A stretch of 64,000 nucleotides of DNA from Oikopleura dioica. Taxonomy: Eukaryota > Animalia > Chordata. The DNA lies in assembly GCA_907165135.1 (NCBI GenBank), contig OU015567.1, positions 6,386,001 through 6,450,000 on the forward strand. Direction: 5' to 3'. Position 1 is the first letter of the stretch, and every line of letters starts with the position of its first letter. This document shows positions 24,973 through 36,187 of this stretch, one piece after another. The notes beneath the pieces were generated by a model that saw only the letters and a list, made by a program, of their open reading frames with translations, did no database searches and was not told the DNA's origin. Both the position numbers and the translations under genes were made by a program.

Positions 24973-27900
24973 ATGCGGCTGAGTCGGACCCTGGCCTCTC
25001 TTTACGGGGCTTTTCAGTTCGTCAATGGAGGTAAAAATGAATTCCGTGGATGTACTGATCATAAAATTTTCTTGCAGAGACGCAGTTTTGCCAAGATCCG
25101 TCGATCGAAACCTGCCGGGATTGCATTTTACGCGGGCCCGACTGCGCCTGGTGCGCTGATAACATAACTGCCGAGGATATGGGAACACACAGGATGAAAT
25201 GCGGCCGTCTGGACGACCTGAAGCAGCAGGGCTGCAAGCAAATCGAAGCAGACAAGAAGAGCTCGCGGAGCATCACTGATGCGGGCAAAAAGATCCGGCC
25301 GAAGAAATCGACCGTCGAACTGCGTCACGGAGAGTCGTACAACTTTCAAATCGAGTTTCATTCAGAAGAGTACTACCCGATCGACATGTACTACGTCATG
25401 GACCTGTCGCAGTCGATGCAGGACGATCTGGTAAAGCTGAAAGACCTGGCGTCGAAGCTCTGCGAAAAAATGACGGAAATCACGGGAAAAGACAACTTTA
25501 GGATCGGCCACGGCAGCTTTGTCGACAAACCAGTTATGCCCTTCATTTCGATCACCGAAGAAGACCTCAAAAATCCGTGTGGAAAGGAGCGGCCGTGTGA
25601 GCCCGCGTACAACTTTCATAACAATCTCAACTTGACGCTGGACACGGATAAGTTCTTTGACATTGTCGACAAAATGGATCACTCGAGTAACTTGGACCAA
25701 GCAGAAGCAGGACTCGACGGCATCCTGCAAGCAGCTGTATGCAAGGATCTCATTGGCTGGGGCGATGACAGGCACAAACTGATCGTATATTCCTCTGATG
25801 CACCCTTCCATGTCGCTGGGGATGGCAAGCTCGGCGGGATTCTAGAGCCACACGATATGCAATGCCACACTGATGGGTCAACCATGCCGAATGAAATTCC
25901 ACGGGACAAGGCAGTCCAGTACGATTACCCTTCAATCGGGCAAATTGTCGACGTAATAAGCAAGAACGAAATCATCATGATTTTCGCCGTGACAAAAAGT
26001 GTCAAAAAGACTTATTCACTTTTGGCGGATTTATTGCCGCTAGCAGCTGTGGGAGAATTAGAAGACGATTCGAACAATGTGATAAACATCATCGAAGAAA
26101 AATACAACCAACTAGCGCAGAAAGTCCGACTCCAGCACTCTGGAATTCCGGAAAACGTCCAGGTCGCTGCGAAAGTAATGTGCCATGCGGACAAACCTGA
26201 TGTTTGGACCGACGGATTCGAGTGCGAAAAAATCAACAGGAACCAAGCCGTTACTTTTGATGTTACGTTAACATGGAATAGCGATGGGGTCTGTCCAGAA
26301 ACTACGACGGCACTTGCTGACTTCCTGATTTATGGAATGGATGCCAAATCGGAGGTGGAAATCAAATTCATCTGCGACTGCGATTGTCCTGTTTACCCTG
26401 CGCCCAGCTTCATGGTCGATCCAAAGTTCACCCTGGGTAAGTCTGCTTTCCGTTTTGATTTTTTCCAATGAACAGTCATCCACTTTAAATTTTGGCTAGA
26501 CAAGAGGAGCGTCCCGTTCTCGTGCAACAGCGGAAACTATTCCTGCGGACAGTGCGTCTGCCCAGAAGGCCAGACTGGAAACATGTGCGAGTGCGATGTG
26601 GAAACTGATGCCGCAAATGTTTGGGAAGGCTGTATCAATCCAAAGGTAACGGAAAATATTGCGATGATTGGCTCATTTTTGTAGGACGTGGACGAAAAGC
26701 CATGCTCAGGCTTTGGCAGCTGCGTTTGCGGCAAATGCCAATGCCAAAAGTATCTCGGACGCGACATCACTGGAGAGTTCTGCGAGTGCGACTCTGACGA
26801 GTGCCACAAGTTCAACAACTTGCCCTGTGGCGGACCAGAGCATGGAACATGCCAATGTGATGGAACTTGCAAGTGTGCTGATGGCTGGAGTGGCGACAAT
26901 TGCTCGTGTAGTACGGACAAGCGAGTCTGTAAGAATCCAGAAGGTATCATTATGAAGGCTCGTTCTAAGTGCATGATCAAAATTTAGACTTGAGGCGATA
27001 CGGGGACAGCGCAGCAGAATGCTCTGGCAATGGAGACTGCAACTGCGGAAAGTGCGAGTGCAAGGAATTCCCCGGCATCGGCAAGTACACCGGTCGATAT
27101 TGCGAGAACTTCAACTCCAAATGCGAACAACATGAAGATTGCGCCAAGTGCCTCGCAAATGCATTTTTCGATGATGAAGACGGACCTGTTCTGAGTGAGT
27201 TTTTACGGCACGTTTCTAGCTCTAGAACAATTTATTAGACAAGAAATGTGCCGATGATTGCCGCTCCGTAAACCAGGAAACTGAAAAGCGAGAGGACTTC
27301 TACATCGAAGGCATCGTCGAGGTCGAAGGCGAAAAAGGCCGCTTTGAAATCGAAAATGTTGAGAAAATTTTCATCCCAAAAGACGAAAATGCAGATTCCC
27401 TGATGTGCGTTTCCAAGGACCGGGAGGGTTGCCAGTTCAACTTTGGTTATAAAATGTCAAATGAGAAGAAAGTTCAGTTGATGATTAGCGACACGCGAGG
27501 TAAGAAAAAAGCTTGAAATAACGATGTTATTCTTGCCGAAAATGGTGGTTATTTTTTGTGAAAACAAAGAATAACAGAACGACTACTAATCGGATTTGGT
27601 GTTTAACATTGTTATGTAACTAGCATGTCCCGAGCCGGTCAACGTTTGGATGGTTGTCGGTGGCATTCTTGGCGGTGTTGTCTTCCTTGGCTTGATCATT
27701 TTATTACTGATCAAGCTGATTATTTGTTGGATCTCCCGAATGGAAGTCAAAGAGTTTGAAAAAATGCGCTCGAAAGAGGCGCTCACTAGTGTAAGTTATT
27801 TTGACATTCTATCGGCCCGAAATCCTACTAAAGTTAGTATAAAAAGAGTGACTAAATGTTGCATGGTGTTAAACTTGGTGAAACCGGTGTTTGAAAATTA

Positions 27901-28254
27901 ATAAAAACTGATTTTTTATTCAATAAAATTGCTAGAGTGCCCGGTTCCGATGGATCCACTCGTCGCGATGGCCATTATCGCTGGTAGTATCCTTTTCCTA
28001 GGTCTTCTGATCTTAGTCCTTCTCAAAATTGCTCTCATCGTTTATGAGAGAATGGAGTACAAACAGTTTTTAAAAGACCAGAAGCTTTTGCAGTACCAGG
28101 TATCAAATAGAAAACGCCTCTTCCTCCCCAAATCAGTTTTTGCCGAGAATCGAGAGTAAATTATTTTTAGGGAAATAATCCAATCTACCAAAAGCCGGAA
28201 ACAACTCACAGAACCGACAATATCGTTTATCGAGGCGCTGCCCTAAGGTCGTAA
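24973..28254 (+). CDS. Integrin beta subunit with two alternative TM exons
   Basis: Signal peptide, PSI domain (TCRDCILRGPDCAWC), betaA MIDAS DLSQSMQDD, DAPFH and YDYPS motifs, Cys-rich I-EGF repeats, TM segment, and a tail with NPIY and NIVY. Confidence 0.95.
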
Positions 28255-28737
28255 AAACGATGGTGATCAAATCGAAAGTATCCCAATGACCCAAATGATG
28301 AATGAAAAAAATCCTTCATGATAAATTTAACAGATGCACTACTTCCTCCGTCCCGAAACTTCAAACAAACTGATAAGCTCTTCAAAAACCATGGACGTAC
28401 TACCTTCTTTTGTAAAATAATAAAAATAAAACTACTCATTGTTTCTTTTTTTGCCTATCTTTCTTTTTTCAAGTAATGCTTGCTGAATTCCAAAAAGCTC
28501 GTTTTGCATACTTTTATCTGACAAAAGCTTATTTGTATTTTCCTTAGATCATTCTTTTCCATAAAATCCAAACCTGTAACTTACACAGTCTAACCACCAA
28601 AATGATGATTTCAATTTTGCCTTTCTGCATGTTCAATCCACCACTGACCAAAACTCGTTTTCTCTTACAAATAAAATATATAAAAAATATCTTTAATAAT
28701 GAAATTTTGATTGTTCTAGTTTGTGCATGCTAGCAAG

Positions 28738-31700
28738 ATGCCTAAGAAGAAGGCAAACAAGAAGGTTGATGATGACTGGGAAAACGACGTAGAGGAGATG
28801 GAAGCGGAGACCAACCAGGTTTGAAATCAGCTTTCTGAAATTTTAACTATTCTGTTCAATACAGGAGGCCCCTGAAGTATCAGCCAAGGCTGCTCCAGCT
28901 GCGGAGACTGTTGATGACATCGATGATATGTGGTCGGACGATGACAAGAAGAAGAAAGGAAAGAAGGGCAAGAAAGGAAAAGGGCAAGACGCCCAAGAAG
29001 ATCAAGCCCCAACTCCAGGTTTTATTCTTTCTCGAATTGTCATATTCCTTACACTTCGTTTTTAGAACCTGCTGCTGAGGGCCCTGCCATAAAAACGAAG
29101 GCCCAAAAAGCTGCTGAAAAGAAAGAGCGTGAAAAGCAAAAGAAAAAGGAGCAAGCAGCCAAGAAGAAAAAAGGCGGTCAGCAAGAAAAGACCGTGGCCG
29201 AAGTTGCCGCTGAACTCGCTGCTCAAGATGACGAGCCCCAAGACACTGGCAAAAAGGGCAAAAAAGGAAAGAAAGGCGAGGAAGAAAAGCCTAAGAAAAA
29301 GAAGGGCGGTCCGCCAGCTGCTGCTCTCCGTGAAATGCTCGAAGCTCAACGCGCCGCTGAAGAAGCTGAAAAGAAAAGGCGCGAGGAAGAAGAAGCCAAG
29401 GCTGCCGAAGCACTCAGGAAACATAACGAAAAGCTCGAGCAAGAACGACTACGACGCGCGAAGAAGAACGAGCGTGAAAAGAAACGTCTCGAACGACGAA
29501 AAGAAGAGGGTAAAGCCCTTACTGAGAAGCAAAAGCGAGACAAGGCGAGAGCAGAGGCTCTCCTAGCTGATCGCGGAATCGATGTTGATGATGTCGATCA
29601 AGAAGAGGTCAAAGCTGCTCCAGTCAAAATCCTATCAAAAGCACAAAAGAAAAAACTCATGGAGCAAGAAAGACTCCAGCGTGAAGCAGAAGAAGCCGCG
29701 GCAAAAGAAGCTGAAAAGGCCGAAGCTGAAGAAGAGGCAGAAGAAGGCCAAGAAGACTCTCCCGAAGTCAGTGAAGCTGACGAAGAAAGCTCTGGTGACG
29801 ATTGGGACAATTCCTCTTCTGACGAAGACGAGGCGGAGAAAGACGAGGCGGAAGAAGAGGCCGAGAAGCCTGCCGTAAAAGAAGCGCCCAAAGCTGCTGC
29901 CAAAAAAGAAACCGAAGACTTGAGTGTCAAACAATCCGGCCCGCGACCTGATGACTTCTTCGAAATCGCCGACGTTCACAAGCGAATCAAAAAGCGAAGA
30001 AAATACAACAAGGAAAACGCGATCGAAGGCGATTACAGATGTCCCATTGTTTGTGTCCTTGGCCACGTAGATACCGGAAAGACCAAATGCCTCGACAATC
30101 TTAGACGGACGAACGTCCAAGACGGAGAAGCTGGTGGTATCACGCAGCACATTGGCGCAACGAACGTTCCTCTTGATTGTATTGAAAAGCGAACCTCGTT
30201 TGTCAAAAAAGTCGCGTTCGGCGAAAAACTTGACATTCAAATCCCCGGCTTGCTTATTATCGATACACCCGGTCACGAGTCTTTCTCGAACTTGAGATCA
30301 AGAGGATCCTCTCTTTGCGATGTTGCTATTCTTGGTAATGAATAATGCAATGAATCTGATCATTACCATATTTCTAGTGGTTGATATCATGCACGGTCTC
30401 GAAAATCAGACCCGTGAGTCCATTAAGCTTCTCAAAAAGAAACGCTGTCCCTTTGTCGTCGCTTTGAATAAAATTGATAGAATTTATGAATGGAAGTCTT
30501 CCCCTCATCCAGAGTTGCAAATTTTTGAAATTTTTTTCTGAGCTGAGCTAGCTGAGCTGAGGTTGAAACTGAGCTGAGCTGAGCTGAGCTGGCTCCTCAT
30601 AAAAAACAACTGAGCTGAGCTGAGCTGAGCTGGTTTTTTTCAAAAAAATTGAGCTGAGCTGAGCTGGGGCATATTTGAAAATTTTTGAGCTGAGCTGAGC
30701 TGAGCTGACGATTTCTCAAACTGAGCTAGCTGAGCTGAGCTGACCATTTTTTTATGCTGAGCTAGCTGAGCTGAGCTGAGCTAGCTGAGCTGAGCGGAGA
30801 AAGCTGATTTTTATTTACTACAAAAAATGTCAAAATAATGTGTTGAAGCGAATTTCAACCTTCTTGAGTAGATGGACAAGGAGCCCCTGCCCTCACACAC
30901 CCCTAGACCAGCATCTCACTCGCAACATCGCACTTTTTTGACATAAAAAATTTATTCTGTCATTTAACAATAAGGAATTCTCCAAAATATTATACAGTGG
31001 TATCATTTATGTGGATGAGCCAATGTTTCAACCTTCTAGCGTAGATGGACAGGGAGCCCCTGCCCTCGCACACCCCTAGACCAGTCTCTCACATTCGCAA
31101 TCACATATTTACCATCTGTACTTTATTATTTTTTTATTGGAAGCCCTTTTTTATTTAATTTCTCTCTTGTTTCAAAGAAAACTCGAATTATTTCTATATA
31201 AAATTGACCAACAGGAAAGCATGAACAGAAAATACGTCGAAGTTTTTGAAAAAAAGACCAATCAAAAGTGGTTCGATCTTTGTCAGCTCAATAGACTGAG
31301 CTGAGCTGAGCTAGCTGAGCTGAGGTCAAAATTGAGCTAGCTGAGCTGAGCTAGCTCTTTTCGAAGAACCATTGAGCTGAGCTAGCTGAGCTGAGGTCAA
31401 ATTGAGCTGAGCTGAGCTGAGCTGACCCTCACCTCAAAATTTCTGAGCTGAGCTGAGCTGAGCTGTAGCTCAGCTAGCTCAGATAGCTCAGCTCAGCTAG
31501 CTCACAAAATTTGCAACTCTGCCCTCATCAAGTAAGTGGTTTTACTCGGAACAGCAGACTCATGCTTTCTAGGATGTTCGAAAAACGATTGATAATCAAA
31601 AGGAAAGCACGAGGAACCAGTTCAAGAAGCTCTATGACAATGTATATACACAGATGGCCGTTGAGGAGCTGAACGTCAAGTTGTTCTGGGAGCTTGAAGG

Positions 31701-33193
31701 CGAAGATGCAGCAGAATGGATCCCAATTGTCCCTACCTCCGCCATTACAGGTCAGATAAAAAGAATCTCTCATCATTAACTTTTTTTAGGTGATGGTATG
31801 GGCAACCTAATCGCTCAAGTCATCGATTCTGCTCAAAACATCGTCGGTAAAAAGATCACTTACAATGCGTAAGTCATAAAAACATCTTTATTTTTCTCAA
31901 CGATTAATTCAGCGGTGTCAAATGTACCGTTATGGAAGTGAAGACAATCGAAGGACTCGGAAAATCAGTAGACGCCATTCTTGTGAATGGCTGTCTTCAA
32001 AACGGCGACCAAATGGTCCTCGCCGGTCAGCAAGGACCATTCGCCACGCATATTAGGCAAATCTACACTCCTCCGGTCAACAAGGATCTACGAGTGAAAA
32101 ACGCTTGGGTCAAACATGACCGGGTCAAGGGCGCAACTGGTGTCAAAGTCGTCGGTCGAGGAGAAGAAATCGAAAAGGCACTTGCTGGCATGCCGATGTA
32201 CATTGCTCGGCAAGATGACGAAGTGGAATACTTCAAAGCAGAGCTTGAGGATGAAATCGGCGATGCTTTGGATGCGATTAGATGCTCAGGAGAAGGTGTC
32301 TACGTTCAGGCATCTACTCTTGGCTCTCTCGAAGCCCTCCTCGAATATCTTCGGTAAGAAAAAGTGGCTGAATTCAAACTTGACCGTCTTTTAGAACCGA
32401 AAAAGTCAAGTACTCTGGCATCAACATCGGCCCAGTCAACAAGCGTGACATCATGCGAGCGTCGACAATGCTTGAGCACGATGAAAAGTACGGAGTTGTC
32501 CTCGCCTTCGATGTTCCAGTCACCCGAGATGCACAAGAGCTCGCCGATAGTTTTAAACCGCCAATTAAGGTACTGCAAGCATTGTTACAGATGCTAATGA
32601 TTCGATTTAGATTTTCACGGCAAATATTATTTATCACTTGACAGACATGTTCGAGAAACATCTCAAAGACCAGAAGAAGCAAAAACAAGAAGAGCTCAAG
32701 GAAGTTGCCATCTTCCCTGCTAAAATGTCTATCCTGCCAGATTGTATTTTCGCAAAAAGAGATCCTATCGTCATCGGTGTCAAAATCGATGATGGCCAGT
32801 TGAGAGTAGGAGCACCAATTTGTGTACCAAACAAGGTTTGCAAGAGCTGCTTTGTCTTTGTAAAGACTGTGTTAAGGAAAACATGTGTATTGGCGCAGTT
32901 TCATCCATTGAAAGCAGTAACAAGCCGGTAGATGTGGCCAAGAAGGGCGAGGAAGTCTGTATCAAGATCGAAAACACGACAGGCGATGCACCAAAAATGT
33001 TGGGTCGCCACTTCGAAAAGACTGATTACCTCTGCACGAGGATATCCAGAGATGGAATCGACGCATTGAAAGAGTAAGTTTGAACTTTGCCCGGGCGTGA
33101 GTCATCCTTGTTTTCAGATGGTTCCGAGATGAAATGACGAAGCAAGATTGGAAGCTCTGCATTGAGCTCAAGAAGACCTTCAAGATCCTTTGA
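28738..33193 (+). CDS. EIF5B: Eukaryotic translation initiation factor 5B
   Basis: K/E-rich N-terminus, G-domain motifs [38 protein letters not shown] and NKID, and C-terminal domains ending [15 protein letters not shown]. Confidence 0.96.
30510..31521. mobile_element. Non-autonomous hAT-type element, 1012 bp, with subterminal (GAGCT)n arrays
   Basis: 15-bp TIR CAGAGTTGCAAATTT and 8-bp TSD CCCTCATC at 30502-30509 and 31522-31529. CAG...CTG termini with an 8-bp TSD are typical of hAT. No ORF. Confidence 0.93.
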
Positions 33194-33458
33194 GTGGTGC
33201 AATTCAATTGCGTTTATGTGATGTTGTGCAGCGATCACCGGGTCAAACGCGACCCAGTTCTATAGAATTTTTTACTTATGAGCCGGACCAACTTAAACTC
33301 CGCCAAGTTCATGAAAAACTAATAGGTCAATTTCTTCTTCTGTTCACGGTTCTGTTTACTTAACTGAGACAGTTAAGTTATCAGCGGTTCATTAGGTTTC
33401 AATTCCATGCATACTACGCCTAATCACCATTTTTGTCTATCCTAAAAATGGGTCGATA

Positions 33459-33847
33459 CTGAATATGTAACGAATGTAACGAATGTAACGAATGTAACGA
33501 GTTTGCTGACAATGTAACGAAAACGGAGACATGTTGTTTTTATTAGCTGATTCTAGAAACTTTTTCTAAAGAGCGATCTTGGGGAGTTTTACTAAATACA
33601 ACAATTTAACATATCCAAAATAGCAAAAAAAGCCAAAAAGGATACAGAATAGCATAAATATGGTAGATTCGTTTTCCATACCCGCTCTGAATGATTCAAA
33701 ACGCCCGCTCCGCGGGTAAAAATGTAGGAAACTCAAGGGGGTGAAATTAGAAAAACAAAAAATCTCTAGAATTTTACTGACAATGTAACGAGAAAAAGAC
33801 ATGTTTATGAGTTTTCGTTACATTCGTTACATTCGTTACATATTCAG
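33459..33847. mobile_element. MITE with TA TSD (Tc1/mariner-like), 389 bp
   Basis: TIR CTGAATATGTAACGAATGTAACGAATGTAACGA, built from ATGTAACGA units and flanked by TA on both sides (33457-33458, 33848-33849). Confidence 0.85.
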
Positions 33848-33877
33848 TACCGTCGTAAAAATGCTCTTCAGAATAAA

Positions 33878-36063
33878 ATGTTTCGCCGGGCCGGTGTGGT
33901 CTTATCACAGCGGTTCCGCTCCCGCCAGGCGCTTGTCGTGCCCATGGTCGAGGACGGAACAAACCAGACCTTTCTAGAGCTGAACGAAAAGTCTGGCTCG
34001 ATTCTTCAGAAGCATCTTGACGCACTCGGCGGTCCACCAAAAGCCGGGCAGGTTAGGCAACTGCCCTCCTCTGATGACGAGTTCGACATCATCGCCATTG
34101 TTGGACAGAGCAACAAAGCTGACCCAAGCGAAAATCGGGATGTTAATTTGGAAAACGTACGAGCTGCTGTCGCGAATGGCGTCAAAGCGCTGAACGGACT
34201 CCAAATTGAAAAAGTTCAAATCGCGGTTGATTCTGAAGCAGCGCAGGCCGCAGGAGAGAGTGCTAAAATGACGGCGTGGACTTATAAAGCGGATAAACGC
34301 GAGAAAATCCCACAGAAATTTTCTGTTTTTAAAAAAGATAGTTTGGAGTTTGATCAAGGAAAGCGTTCAAAAAAATCGTTGTTGATTTCATCGATGTTTC
34401 AAACGACAAAAAATAACGCTGAAAAGGTTTAATTCTTGGTGAGGCTCAAAATATCGCTCGTGAATTAATGGAACTCCCTGGAAACTTATTAACGCCATCA
34501 ATTTTCGCGGATAAATGTGTGGCTCTTTTGGAACCACTCGGAGTAAAAGTAAATGTCTACGGAGCTGATTGGATTAAAGAACAAAACATGAATGCGTTTT
34601 GGTCCGTCGCAAAAGGCAGTAGTGAGGAGCCTAAATTTGTCGAAATGATCTGGGAACCAGAAGTTAAAAACCGAGAGGAAACCTTTGCTCTTGTCGGAAA
34701 AGGTGTGACCTTCGACAGTGGTGGAATCTCTATCAAGCCATCGGCAAACATGGGCGACATGCGAGGCGATATGGGCGGAGCTGCCGTCACTGTTGCAACG
34801 ATGTACGCCGCTGCCAAGCTTAAAATCCCCGGAAAAGTCCTCGCGACAACCCCTTTGGCCGAAAATATGCCCTCATCGAACGCTTCAAAACCGGGAGATG
34901 TAGTCATCGCGCGTAATGGAAAATCCATTCAAATTGACAACACAGATGCGGAGGGTCGTCTTTTGCTCTGTGACGCGCTAGGTACCAATCATTTTTTCCT
35001 CGAATCTTCTCTAATTTCATTTGAAATTCAGATTACACAGCCGAGGTTCATAAGCCAGCTGCGATGATTGATTCAGCAACATTAACAGGGGCTATGGTAA
35101 TCGCTCTTGGTGACGGAGCCACTGGCGTTTTCTGCAAAGACAACGACTTGTGGAATTTAATCGAGAAGAGTGGCCACGAAACAGGCGATCGAGCTTGGCG
35201 AATGCCCCATTATCAGCACTACTTTGGTGAGTGAAGCTTTCCTCAACCCCTTTTTAAAACGTGTCATTTACTGTAGAATCTACAGTGTAGATAAAATCAG
35301 CCCAACTCATAATGCCGAGTTAAACAATACTGGTGGTCGCGATGCAGGCTCTGCAACAGCCGCTGCATTCCTATCCGCTTTTGTACCACAAAATGTTCCC
35401 TGGGCTCACTTAGACATTGCAGGAGTTGGCGGCATTTTCCCAGGCGAAGGGGATCCCTTTCCTTATCTTTGCAAAGGAATGAGTGGCCGCCCAACGAGAA
35501 CAATTGTTCGAACGCTTCAAAATTTCTTCGATCCTTGAACTGCTACGAAATATATTGAAAAACTTATAGAATCACGGAAATAATTCAACGTCTAATTTTA
35601 GATGCGATATCTCCCACGCACAATGCTGATTTGAATAACACCGGTGGTCGAGCGGCAGGTATGAGTCTTCGTTGTTTTCCTCTTGGTTCACAGAGGACCA
35701 GAATATTGATATTTACGAAAATCTACAGAATTTATGACTAGAAAGACGCATCTTGGATCATGGAAGTGTTACCCACACGTTTTGTAATATTTGAATAAAA
35801 ATTATTTACAGTCTTCCCATTTGCGGAACATCCTCATTGTCATTTTCCATCATCATTTATTCTCCTCATGCTATTTTAATCCAGGCTCCGCTACGGCCGC
35901 CGGATTCTTGTCGGCATTTGTACCAAAGGATATTCCATGGGCTCATTTCGACATTGCTGGAGTCATGGACACGACTGGATCAACCAACCCTTACATTTGC
36001 AAGGGGATGACAGGAAGACCTACTCGAACTCTTTATCAAACCCTGAAGAACTATTTCAACTAG
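33878..36063 (+). CDS. LAP3: M17 leucyl aminopeptidase with two alternative C-termini
   Basis: R-rich presequence-like N-terminus, [46 protein letters not shown] and GRPTRT. Confidence 0.93.
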
Positions 36064-36187
36064 TCAACTCTTCATTTGAGCCTGAAATTCATAAGTTACA
36101 TGTAACAATTAATCTTAATTTAATTCTAAAAGAATAAACGCTCGTGCAAAGTTCTATAATTGTTGTAATCAATCTTTTCATCGCAGA

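Noticed and set aside
29062-30276. Several overlapping minus-strand and alternate-frame ORFs
   Set aside because: Shadows of the low-complexity K/E-rich eIF5B N-terminus.
30540-31500. GAGCT arrays as a CRISPR array or telomeric repeat
   Set aside because: There are no unique regular spacers and no cas genes. The arrays are enclosed by TIRs and an 8-bp TSD.
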